A DNA stretch of 64,000 nucleotides from Candidatus Roizmanbacteria bacterium (GTDB taxonomy: Bacteria > Patescibacteriota > Microgenomatia > UBA1406): NCBI GenBank assembly GCA_024654535.1, contig JANLHL010000016.1, forward strand, positions 288,626-352,625, in the 5' to 3' direction. The notes under the pieces were generated by a model. It searched no databases and was not told the origin of the DNA. It saw nothing but the letters and a program-made list of their open reading frames with translations. Made by a program: the position numbers and the translations under genes. This document shows, piece by piece, positions 45,136 through 53,501 of the stretch. Each line of letters starts with the position of its first letter. The stretch's first letter is position 1.

Positions 45136-47289
45136 TTACAATAAGGTCTTTGCAGCTTTTGTAGACGCATATTCATGTACAGCTCGTACCACTTCCCGCG
45201 CACCGTACTTAGGGTGAAACGCTTTCTTCACAATACTCTCCAATTCCTCGTCTGAAATTGAAACATCTACATGAGAGGATTTTTTATACTGTTTCACAAT
45301 CTCAACAAGCGCTTGCTTCCCGATAACATAAGCAGACTCACGTGTGAGAGGTGTAAAAACCAAAACCTTATCAAACCTATTTAAAAATTCAGATGTAAAT
45401 ATACTCTGTTCTATTAGATAGTCACGCATTTTGTCAGATATGTCATGTTCATTCGCCCACTCTAGGGCTTTGGAAGAGCCTGCATTTGACGTAGCTATAA
45501 CAATACAGTTCTTACAATCGACACGTTTTCCATACCCATCGACCACATATCCTTCATCAAGTAACGTGAGCAACACGTTTTGTATTTGTGTGTGTGCTTT
45601 TTCTATCTCATCTATCAAAAGTACCGCGTACGGCTTCTCTCGAATAGCTTGTGCAAATAGGCCAACGGTACGACTCTCAGAAGAACCAATAAGCTCACCC
45701 ACTGCTTCTTGTGTCTGATAAAATGACATGTCAAACCGGGTCATATTGGTGCGCTTCTCAAAAAAAACACTGGCAAGCGCTTTTGCTGTTTCTGTCTTAC
45801 CAACACCTGTTGAACCTAAGAATAAAAAGCTGGCCTTTGGCTTCGTTCTATTCGTATCAATAAACGCCCTTTGCATACCCAGTGTTATCTGGTGAATGGC
45901 CTGACTTTGCCCCACGATCTGACTATTCAAAATATCTTCCACGTGCGTCAATTTTTGTTTAAAAGCGTTGCTTAGCGTACCGACAGGCATATGGGTTTGC
46001 TTTGTTAGGAGCATGTCAATATCTTCAGGAACTACTACCACTTTTTTCAAATCCTTTGCTGTGATAACGGCGTCATGCAGCAAACTTATAGCTTTTTCTG
46101 GAAAAGGTATTGTGGTAATATAGTATGCTGCTTGCTCTAGAATGCGTTCCAATGCCTCATACGTTACTCGTATATGATACATTGACTCAAGTAGCAGAGT
46201 TTTTTCTTCAAGTATTACGAGTGCTTTATCGCGCGCTACCTCTGCAACGGCAATTTTTTGGAACAAAGGCACAATTTTATCTTTTCGAACTATTACTTCC
46301 TCGTAATAATAGGGCGTCGTTACACCTAAAAATTTCACGACTGGCAGCTTGCCAAATTCCACCCATACACTAGAAAAATCTCCATCGAGATGACTCGAAC
46401 AATACCTATGAAAATCATCAATAACGAGAATAATATTCTTCGCACGTGCCGCTTCTGCTAAAAGTGAAGCTAAAAGTTCTGATCGAACTATCTGATCCTC
46501 GCTTTGAGAAAGTATTTTTTCCATATGAAGGTTCAAAATACGCATGTTTTGGAGTGGCGGAATAGTAGTGCCTTCATACAAACCACGAGCAAATCCATCG
46601 ACAATGGTATGTTTACCAACTCCCTCTTCACCTACCAATATGCAGTTTGCCTCATACGATCGAGCCAGTTCACGACTTACATCCGTAATTTCATTTTGTC
46701 TATCTATGAGTTGTCTATTATATGCACGTGCAGTCGCAAGTTCTGTCGTATACTTATCAAGTTGAGGAGTGAATCCATATGCCCAATCTCGACCTATCGG
46801 AGGAATACACAAAAGCGCGTGGAGTGAAAATGGATCACTTTGTTCAAGTACCGCTCTTCTGCGATCCCACCACTCACCAACTTCAGAAACAAACTCTTCG
46901 GAAAGAGTATGGGCATGGATAAAAAGCTCCTTTTCTTTGCTTTTTTGCTGTGAGATTGGAAATAATAGTCTGTATAAACCTGCTAATGGTGAAAACAAAA
47001 TGATTATAAGAACCCAAACAGGAGTGACTACTACGAATAGTAGCAATAGAAAAATACAAAGCACAAGCACACTACTCCGCATTGCCATACCTATGCATCG
47101 GGACGCCATATTGGTAATACCACGTTCAAACCACTCCGAAAGTGAAAATCCTGTTGTTTGTTTGCTAAACACTATTCGCTTCCACGGTGAAAAAAAGGTT
47201 TTTAAGAGATTCGAAACATTACAATAGTATGGAATAAAGATAAATAGGTTAGCTAAGATGATAAGTTGTCTCCTCAGATAGGCACGCAT
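45136..47289 (-). CDS. ClpA/ClpB-like double AAA+ ATPase with an N-terminal transmembrane region
   Basis: D1 has GEEGVGKH plus VIDDFH and D2 has GSTGVGKT plus LLIDEIEKAH. Hydrophobic helices occupy the first ~110 aa. The ATG at 47289 lies 6 nt after TATACT, and the track start at 47313 is GTG. Confidence 0.75.
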   Translation of the reverse strand: MRAYLRRQLIILANLFIFIPYYCNVSNLLKTFFSPWKRIVFSKQTTGFSLSEWFERGITNMASRCIGMAMRSSVLVLCIFLLLLFVVVTPVWVLIIILFSPLAGLYRLLFPISQQKSKEKELFIHAHTLSEEFVSEVGEWWDRRRAVLEQSDPFSLHALLCIPPIGRDWAYGFTPQLDKYTTELATARAYNRQLIDRQNEITDVSRELARSYEANCILVGEEGVGKHTIVDGFARGLYEGTTIPPLQNMRILNLHMEKILSQSEDQIVRSELLASLLAEAARAKNIILVIDDFHRYCSSHLDGDFSSVWVEFGKLPVVKFLGVTTPYYYEEVIVRKDKIVPLFQKIAVAEVARDKALVILEEKTLLLESMYHIRVTYEALERILEQAAYYITTIPFPEKAISLLHDAVITAKDLKKVVVVPEDIDMLLTKQTHMPVGTLSNAFKQKLTHVEDILNSQIVGQSQAIHQITLGMQRAFIDTNRTKPKASFLFLGSTGVGKTETAKALASVFFEKRTNMTRFDMSFYQTQEAVGELIGSSESRTVGLFAQAIREKPYAVLLIDEIEKAHTQIQNVLLTLLDEGYVVDGYGKRVDCKNCIVIATSNAGSSKALEWANEHDISDKMRDYLIEQSIFTSEFLNRFDKVLVFTPLTRESAYVIGKQALVEIVKQYKKSSHVDVSISDEELESIVKKAFHPKYGAREVVRAVHEYASTKAAKTLL

Positions 47290-47413
47290 AAAATAAGTAT
47301 ACAGCACGTGCACTTTTTAAAGCGAGCTTATACAAGAAAGTGTGCGGGGAAATCCTAATATCAAATAAGGTTCCAGAGCCCTATGACAAATTTCAAAGTT
47401 GGGCATTTGAATT

Positions 47414-47454
47414 TTGACATTTATTTGACATTGGATATTGGATATTGGATATTT
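47414..47454 (+). repeat. TTGACAT-TTATTTGACA followed by TTGGATA x3 heptamer array
   Basis: TTGACATTTATTTGACATTGGATATTGGATATTGGATATTT read directly. Confidence 0.7.
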
Positions 47455-47459
47455 TTTAA

Positions 47460-47468
47460 TGGTATACT
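47460..47468 (+). promoter_or_regulatory. Extended -10 box TGGTATACT, 6 nt before the ATG at 47475
   Basis: TGnTATACT read directly. Confidence 0.5.
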
Positions 47469-47474
47469 ATCTAT

Positions 47475-48041
47475 ATGCTCCTCTCAGACATAGATATAGA
47501 ACGAGCCCTCAATGACAAAAGTATTGTCATAAAGCCCACGCCCAATCTTTCCCACGCACTCTCTGCATGCGCACTTGATTTACGGCTGAATAATATTTTT
47601 GAGGTTTTTGAATATTCAAAAATGCCCTACTTTGATCCTAAGAATGCTGAACAGGAATTAGCTATGAAAAGAATCACCATTTCTAAAGATGATTTCTTTG
47701 TATTACAACCAGGAGAGTTTGCGCTTGCCTCAACGTTAGAGTGGGTCGAACTCCCTTATAATATTGCGGCACGATTAGAAGGTAGATCTTCTTTAGGCAG
47801 GCTTGGTATAGTAGTTCACTCCACTGCTGCACTTATACATCCGGGAATGAGAGGTAACATCGTACTTGAATTAGGTAATCATTCTCGTATGCCTGTTGCA
47901 CTGTACCCCGGGATGCGCGTATGTTCGCTTTCATTCGAACAACTGACGCAACCTGCTCAAAGACCATATCATCTTCAAAAAAATGCAAAGTATGCTCAGC
48001 AAAAAGGCGTTGAAAAAAGTAGAATACAGGACGAAGACTAG
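47475..48041 (+). CDS. dcd: dCTP deaminase
   Basis: 188 aa. MLLSDIDI start, LDLRLNN, and a GRSSLGRLGI-type motif typical of Dcd. Confidence 0.85.
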   Translation: MLLSDIDIERALNDKSIVIKPTPNLSHALSACALDLRLNNIFEVFEYSKMPYFDPKNAEQELAMKRITISKDDFFVLQPGEFALASTLEWVELPYNIAARLEGRSSLGRLGIVVHSTAALIHPGMRGNIVLELGNHSRMPVALYPGMRVCSLSFEQLTQPAQRPYHLQKNAKYAQQKGVEKSRIQDED

Positions 48042-48042
48042 G

Positions 48043-49101
48043 TTAGCGTATTAGTTTTATCACCTCAGCGACTATTCCCACTATGAACAACAGTTGCAGC
48101 ATGTCTAGATATATATGTATCTCATGTGGAAAACGCTTTTTATACATTTTGACGATTAAATAACCAATCCCGCCCAAGAATATACCCCCGGTTACAGCAA
48201 TGATTTGTGCAAAGTTTGCACTTCCAATCAATAATAATAACAATGGGACTAGTAAGGTCATAAGTCGAGCACTGGTACTTGAGAAGCCCAAATCCTTTGT
48301 GTACATGTCATACGCAACCCAAGAGAATAGCAAGTACGGTGTGTATACTGCAAAAAGCCCTGCGCCATCGAGTAATCGTCCCAACAAGCCTGTAAATACA
48401 AATTCACCAGTTTGGCTTATATTTCCTGCGAAACCAAACGAAAAAAGTGCATATAACACCACCATCACTACTTGGCTGTACGCAAAAACGTGTATGCTTT
48501 TCGTGGGCATTTTTTTTAGTTCAGGGACGATAGAAAATCCAGCGAGAGCAAATAGTATCGCTCCATACGCTATCGATATATCTCTTGTTATAGCTGGCAC
48601 GACCATATGTGAAGGTCTATGTATAATAAGTGATATGGCTGCGATTGAAAGAGCTGCGAATAGAGCCATCTTTATTATTGTGACAATATGATCCCAAAGC
48701 TCCAGCTGACCGCGTAGAAATAAAAAAGGCACGGTAACTAACACATAAAACCATGCCAATCCATAACCATCAGACACTTGAAACAACTGTGCAAAAAAAT
48801 GTCCACCAAGATTAAGATATGCTAATAATGCCCCATATGTCGATCCCAATATAAGCAATAGTGACAAAAGCCAGTATCGCTTACCTAGTATGCGCAGTAC
48901 ATAACCTGGAAATTGGTGCGATTTTTTTATTGAAACCACGATTCTGTAATAAAAATAGTTTACCGCTCCCATTGCACTACCCAAAACGACAAGTAATACA
49001 AAAACGCTAACATAACCTGAGCGAACCACTACGTACGGCAGAGAAAAAATACCTGCACCGATTGTAGCTCCTAATATAAGAAGCAAATTGCGCAATACCA
49101 T
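48043..49101 (-). CDS. Amino-acid-permease-like transporter
   Basis: About 11 TM helices and an N-terminal ILGATIGAGIFSLPYVV motif. The track start at 49152 is TTG, and the ATG at 49101 lies 6 nt after TGGTATTCT. Confidence 0.55.
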   Translation of the reverse strand: MVLRNLLLILGATIGAGIFSLPYVVVRSGYVSVFVLLVVLGSAMGAVNYFYYRIVVSIKKSHQFPGYVLRILGKRYWLLSLLLILGSTYGALLAYLNLGGHFFAQLFQVSDGYGLAWFYVLVTVPFLFLRGQLELWDHIVTIIKMALFAALSIAAISLIIHRPSHMVVPAITRDISIAYGAILFALAGFSIVPELKKMPTKSIHVFAYSQVVMVVLYALFSFGFAGNISQTGEFVFTGLLGRLLDGAGLFAVYTPYLLFSWVAYDMYTKDLGFSSTSARLMTLLVPLLLLLIGSANFAQIIAVTGGIFLGGIGYLIVKMYKKRFPHEIHIYLDMLQLLFIVGIVAEVIKLIR

Positions 49102-49220
49102 GATATTAGAATACCAAATAAACTCAAATAACCAATATCCAATAAATGCCAAAGTTCAAAGGACAAATGTCAATTGAAGTTCCAAATCCAAATGCCAAAA
49201 TAAGACAGGATTTTATCTTT

Positions 49221-49310
49221 TGTCATTGGGATTTTGACATATATTTGACACTGTATATTGGAACTTTGACATTTCATTCTAGTTGGATATTGGATATTTG
49301 ACATTGGATA
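49221..49310. repeat. Intergenic block of TTTGACA and TTGGATA repeats
   Basis: TTTTGACATATATTTGACACTG...CTTTGACATTTC...TTGGATATTGGATATTTGACATTGGATATTTG. Reverse-oriented degenerate copies occur at 49160-49200. Confidence 0.65.
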
Positions 49311-49329
49311 TTTGTTTATACTATACCCC

Positions 49330-51102
49330 ATGACTTCCTTCTCCAACCAAGCTATCGCAGATGTTCTCAATAAAGTTGCAATTGTCTACCAACTTCAAAA
49401 TGAGAACAGGTTTAAAATTATCGCCTACCAACAAGCCGCAGAGGTCGTAAACACGTGCACGCAATCTATATACGACGTATGGAAAGAAGGAAATATACAA
49501 CAGATAAACGGCATTGGAACAACAATTGCAAATCATTTGCAAGACTACTTTACGAATAACCAATCAAACTATTTTATGCAAACTATTGCACAAGTCTCCC
49601 CATCTATATTTATTCTTGTCAATATACCGGGGGTTGGCCCAAAACGAGCATATAAGCTAGTCACGAACCTACATCTTGATAACCCAACAACAGCTCTTGC
49701 AGATCTTAAGACGGCCATTGAAAACGACGAGATGTCCCACATGGATGGATTTGGAACAAAATCTCAACAACAATTATTGGAAAACCTTGAACTTTACACA
49801 AAACAAAGCTCTGTGGAAAAACGTATGCTTTTACCATTTGCGCAAAAAGTGGCACATCAATTACTTCAATACCTAACACTCAACCTGCATGTCATACGGT
49901 GCGAACCGTTGGGATCATTGCGTCGCCACGTAGAAACAATCGGAGATATAGATATCGCTCTTGTTGCTGAAGAGAAATATTTCAGTACTATTATTGAATA
50001 TATTGCTCAGTATCCATCTTGCCTGAGGGTCGATAACAAAGGAAGTAAAAAAATATCTATCATTGTGGCGCCTCACATTCGTGTAGATGTACGCTTAACG
50101 ACGGCAAAAACGTTTGGAACTATGCTCCAATATTTTACGGGAAGTAAAATGCACAATATTCGCCTTCGCGAGTACGCGCAAAAAAATGATCTATCGTTAT
50201 CAGAATACAGTGTTACCAATAAAAAAACTGGAGAACAGCACACATTTGAAACAGAAAAAGAGTTGTATTCTTTTTTAAAGCTCGACTATATTTCCCCACT
50301 GTTCCGAGAAGGAACAGATGAAATAACCCATGCCCAAACACACACGCTTCCCACGTCGGTATCATTGAAAGATATACAGGGAGATCTGCATATACACTCG
50401 AATTTCCCTATTCAAACATCTCATGATATTGGTGCACATTCATTCACCACGCTTTTAAACAAAGCAAAACAACTTGGATATACCTATATCGGATTTACAG
50501 AGCACAATCCACGCAGTAAAGAATCGCCACTTCAAGTTGTATCTCTATTGCAAAAACGACGTTTACAAGCACAAAAAGAACTTACCAATATACCTATTAC
50601 CTATTTTTTGGGATTAGAAGTTGACATCCGACCAGACGGAACACTCGCTCTTTGCGACGAAGGCATAGAGCAACTTGATTACATTATAGTATCGATACAC
50701 AGCTCATTTCGTATGGATCAAAAAACGGCAACCGCACGAGTGTTGAAAGCTTTATCGTACCCAAAGGTGCGTATATTTGGCCATCCAACAGGCAGAAAGC
50801 TTGAAGAACGCAATGGATTAATGCTCGATTGGAAGCAGATATTTCATGCGTGTAGACAGCGAGATATTGCACTAGAAATTAATTCTTGGCCACAACGTCT
50901 CGATTTACCCTATACATTAGTTCGCCAAGCTATCGAGGCAGGTGTACGATGTATAATCAACACAGACGCGCACGCGCGTGACGACATGGACAATATGCAT
51001 TGTGGCATTACTGTTGCACAGCGCGGATGGTGTGAAAAAAAGAATATTGCAAACACATTACCGCAAGAAGAGTTTAAAAAATGGCTCTTAAAACAAGACT
51101 GA
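49330..51102 (+). CDS. polX: Family X DNA polymerase with C-terminal PHP domain (PolX)
   Basis: HhH motifs (INGIGTTIANHL, IPGVGPKRAYKL), a GSLRR..E..GDIDI nucleotidyltransferase motif and PHP histidines (GDLHIHSNF). The start is set at MTSFSNQ. Confidence 0.85.
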   Translation: MTSFSNQAIADVLNKVAIVYQLQNENRFKIIAYQQAAEVVNTCTQSIYDVWKEGNIQQINGIGTTIANHLQDYFTNNQSNYFMQTIAQVSPSIFILVNIPGVGPKRAYKLVTNLHLDNPTTALADLKTAIENDEMSHMDGFGTKSQQQLLENLELYTKQSSVEKRMLLPFAQKVAHQLLQYLTLNLHVIRCEPLGSLRRHVETIGDIDIALVAEEKYFSTIIEYIAQYPSCLRVDNKGSKKISIIVAPHIRVDVRLTTAKTFGTMLQYFTGSKMHNIRLREYAQKNDLSLSEYSVTNKKTGEQHTFETEKELYSFLKLDYISPLFREGTDEITHAQTHTLPTSVSLKDIQGDLHIHSNFPIQTSHDIGAHSFTTLLNKAKQLGYTYIGFTEHNPRSKESPLQVVSLLQKRRLQAQKELTNIPITYFLGLEVDIRPDGTLALCDEGIEQLDYIIVSIHSSFRMDQKTATARVLKALSYPKVRIFGHPTGRKLEERNGLMLDWKQIFHACRQRDIALEINSWPQRLDLPYTLVRQAIEAGVRCIINTDAHARDDMDNMHCGITVAQRGWCEKKNIANTLPQEEFKKWLLKQD

Positions 51103-51165
51103 TTTTGTGTAAACATAACTGTGTCAAACTTGTCTTATAAGTCATATAATTGCGAAGCCAATTTC

Positions 51166-51174
51166 ATGTTATAA
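51166..51174 (+). promoter_or_regulatory. Extended -10 box TGTTATAAT, 16 nt upstream of tRNA-Ile
   Basis: TGnTATAAT read directly. Confidence 0.5.
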
Positions 51175-51190
51175 TTCTTGACACGCAAAC

Positions 51191-51264
51191 GCGCGGGTAG
51201 CTCAGTTGGTTAGAGCACCGTCCTGATAAGACGGGGGTCGATGGTTCGAGTCCATCCTCGCGCA
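51191..51264 (+). tRNA. tRNA-Ile(GAT)
   Basis: GCGCGGG-TA-GCTC-AGTTGGTTA-GAGC-A-CCGTC-CTGATAA-GACGG-GGGTC-GATGG-TTCGAGT-CCATC-CTCGCGC-A. Confidence 0.9.
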
Positions 51265-51738
51265 CTATACTTCTTCGACAATACCGACTTCACCCACTTC
51301 TCTATTGTGCATGTAAACGCTCGTGGCAACATATACACATACAAAAATAATAAGCGCTGCTTTTGAAATATGTATAGACAACAAAGAATAAAAACCTACA
51401 GAATAAAGTACCGCGTAGACAAATAGGAATAATGGACTTCTCACATTAAATCGTAAACCATACAGTTCGTACACTATCACAAACATTCCATAGAGCAGAC
51501 TGCCCGTTCCAAAAGGTAGAACCCAAAATATATCGGCTATTACGCCAATCACTATACCTATGCAAATTGCTATGAAAACCCTGTGCTTTATCCCACTCCC
51601 CAGTAGTGCGGCAAGAAAAAATAGAGCAAGAAAAAAATACTGGTCAACTAAAATCGAAAGTATAATGGCCGCCACCCCCAGTACATATAACATGCTATAA
51701 AGCCACATATAATAAATGAGAAGGTACTGTAGAAGCAA
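51265..51738 (-). CDS. mreD: Rod shape-determining protein MreD (putative)
   Basis: Small polytopic membrane protein immediately after mreC. Alternative ATGs at 51708 and 51693 would remove the overlap with mreC. Confidence 0.45.
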   Translation of the reverse strand: MLLQYLLIYYMWLYSMLYVLGVAAIILSILVDQYFFLALFFLAALLGSGIKHRVFIAICIGIVIGVIADIFWVLPFGTGSLLYGMFVIVYELYGLRFNVRSPLFLFVYAVLYSVGFYSLLSIHISKAALIIFVCVYVATSVYMHNREVGEVGIVEEV

Positions 51739-52399
51739 AATATGTTATACGTGCAGACTGAGTCGGAAGATTTTTTGTAGCATCAACAGCCTGTACAGTA
51801 CCTACTAAAAAACGCCAACCCTTTTTCTCATCTATAGCAAATAGACGATCCCCTTTCGTAATAATAGTATCAACTGGCGCTTCAAATACTACCTCCTGTC
51901 CAAAACCTCCTTTTATTGTGCCTTTCACTCCCCTATCAGTAACTCCTTTATGTTCAAATGATGCATCACTTACCTGTTGAAAAACCGCCACTTCCCCACT
52001 TGCTCTCAATATGGTACCGACTAATATATCCTTATAAATAACCGGGACACCAACAATGCTATATGTATTTTTCTTAGGAAGATCAAACGTTATCGTGTAG
52101 TGTGTTCCGTTTGACCACAACACTCGTACAGGCATAAGATTCGCTTTTTCAGGTATAAATCCGAGCTGAACTTTCAGTTGCGCATTTTCTTTTATAAGAG
52201 TTCTAATCTTCTCTTTATTTGCAAGCTCTGATAGACTTTTTTCTTCAGAAAGTTGCTTTTGAGGATTTACGTAGTTAAAAAATGTCACCAGTACCGTCTT
52301 TTCTAAAAAGCTCCTGTTTCTTTGCAGTAATAGGCCACATATAAGTATTATAACACCAATACCTATCCAGAGAATCACTTTAGGAATTTGCATGTACAT
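51695..52399 (-). CDS. mreC: Rod shape-determining protein MreC
   Basis: N-terminal TM helix, a coiled-coil segment (IKENAQLKVQL), then a beta-rich domain ending GDRLF....G.. as in MreC. Confidence 0.6.
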   Translation of the reverse strand: MYMQIPKVILWIGIGVIILICGLLLQRNRSFLEKTVLVTFFNYVNPQKQLSEEKSLSELANKEKIRTLIKENAQLKVQLGFIPEKANLMPVRVLWSNGTHYTITFDLPKKNTYSIVGVPVIYKDILVGTILRASGEVAVFQQVSDASFEHKGVTDRGVKGTIKGGFGQEVVFEAPVDTIITKGDRLFAIDEKKGWRFLVGTVQAVDATKNLPTQSARITYFASTVPSHLLYVAL

Positions 52400-52464
52400 G
52401 AATTGTATATCAGATTGCGTTCTTTTTGCAAAGAAGTCACCACGTTCGCGTCATTCGACGAATG

Positions 52465-52692
52465 TGGACCCGAGGAGATTCGAACTCCCCACCCCTGCTA
52501 CCCGCCTTCACTATGAGTGGACTCGAGGGGAATCGAACCCCTAACCTCCGCAATGCGAATGCGGCGCTCTACCATTTGAGCTACGAGCCCAAGCTACGGC
52601 GGGCGCGGTGCGAATGCTTGCCCCGCCATAGTTTGGCATCTTCAGATGCAAAACGACGGAGGGCAGTGCTCTACCAAATGAGCTACGGGCCC
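52465..52692 (-). tRNA. Interrupted (outer) Ala-type tRNA gene: 36-nt 5' part, ~155-nt insertion, 37-nt 3' part
   Basis: Minus-strand 5' part is GGGCCCG-TA-GCTC-ATTTGGTA-GAGC-A-CTGCC-CTCCG. The 3' part is GT-AGCAG-GGGTG-GGGAG-TTCGAAT-CTCCT-CGGGTCC-A. The acceptor stem pairs with G3:U70. The anticodon cannot be assigned by eye. Confidence 0.6.
52518..52590 (-). tRNA. tRNA-Ala(CGC), complete, inside the insertion of the outer Ala-type tRNA
   Basis: GGGCTCG-TA-GCTC-AAATGGTA-GAGC-G-CCGCA-TTCGCAT-TGCGG-AGGTT-AGGGG-TTCGATT-CCCCT-CGAGTCC-A, with G3:U70. Confidence 0.9.
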
Positions 52693-52704
52693 GTATCATT
52701 GGGT

Positions 52705-52710
52705 ATTATA
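52705..52710 (-). promoter_or_regulatory. TATAAT -10 box, 12 nt upstream of the nested tRNA-Ala locus
   Basis: Minus-strand reading is ...TTGACATTTGAACTTGGATATTTCTAATTTAG-TATAAT-ACCCAATGATAC-GGGCCCG. Confidence 0.4.
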
Positions 52711-52722
52711 CTAAATTAGAAA

Positions 52723-52797
52723 TATCCAAGTTCAAATGTCAAATAGCAGAATTGGACATTGGAATTTTGATATTCATTGGATATTGGATATTGGATA
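52723..52797. repeat. TTGACA/TTGGATA repeat block with both orientations present
   Basis: The left part carries reverse-oriented TATCCAA and TGTCAA. The right part is TTGGACATTGGAATTTTGATATTCA-TTGGATA x3. Confidence 0.65.
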
Positions 52798-52800
52798 TTT

Positions 52801-53391
52801 CTACAGTACCAAAACCCCTATGACTCCTAGTGCAATAAGGCTGAACGCTACAATACCAAATGTCCATTGACCCCCAAAGCCTGTTTGTACAATTGCTGTC
52901 GGGGTAGGAGTATTGGTAACTACTGCAGGCGGAGTAGTCGGCACCGGAGTAGCGGTCGCAACGGGAGGTGTAGGCGTTGGTGTAGTTACCGGTGCAACAG
53001 TACAAAGCTCAGTAGAACCTGGTCCTGAGGCAATCAGTTTGAATTTAACTTTTGCAAACGTACCAGTGCCCGATTTTGCTGAAAGGTTCGTACCCGTGAG
53101 TGTCACAACCGTAGCGCTTGGACTTGCCGAAACACTGTTGAAAAAATCTCCAGGTGTCGTCGATACGTACTGCAAATACTGAGTATCAAATGTCACCGCA
53201 GCAGCCCCATCGGTAAGCGCCTGTCCCTGTGTATCGACTGTAATTGTCCATTCATACTCCTGCCCATTCACCACCTGCCCAGACGGGCCTGTGATACCGT
53301 AATACACAGCCTGTGCAGAAGTGCAAAAAAATACGAGCGAAATCGCTATAAACAAACCAAATATACATAAACTCCGTCTGATATATTCCAT
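52801..53391 (-). CDS. Cohesin-domain-like secreted protein with a PT linker and C-terminal TM anchor
   Basis: Signal peptide (LCIFGLFIAISLVFFCTSAQA) and a cohesin-like beta-domain pattern (AAAVTFDTQYLQYVSTTPGDFF...GTGTFAKVKFKLIASG). The TPTPTPP linker precedes the hydrophobic C-terminus. Confidence 0.55.
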   Translation of the reverse strand: MEYIRRSLCIFGLFIAISLVFFCTSAQAVYYGITGPSGQVVNGQEYEWTITVDTQGQALTDGAAAVTFDTQYLQYVSTTPGDFFNSVSASPSATVVTLTGTNLSAKSGTGTFAKVKFKLIASGPGSTELCTVAPVTTPTPTPPVATATPVPTTPPAVVTNTPTPTAIVQTGFGGQWTFGIVAFSLIALGVIGVLVL

Positions 53392-53501
53392 ACTGTTTAT
53401 CATTATGCACTGAAAATAAAATTTATACAAGATACGCTATTAAACTTTCACAAACAATGTACAATATTGTATAAATAACTGTAAAGAGTTACTATAAATA
53501 T

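Noticed and set aside
47431-47451. Possible CRISPR or minisatellite
   Set aside because: The repeat unit is only 7 nt with no spacers and no cas genes, so it is treated as a promoter-associated heptamer array.
49170-49370. 66-aa minus-strand ORF in the 49153-49329 intergenic region
   Set aside because: It is made of the TTGGATA/TTGACA repeat block (NIQYPMS-type translation) and lies in a divergent promoter region.
52426-52719. 97-aa plus-strand ORF (MQRSHHVRVIRRMWTRGDSNSPP...LYHLSYEP...)
   Set aside because: It is the antisense translation of the nested tRNA-Ala locus. GDSNSPP, GNRTPN and LYHLSYEP are the usual signatures of translated tRNA complements.
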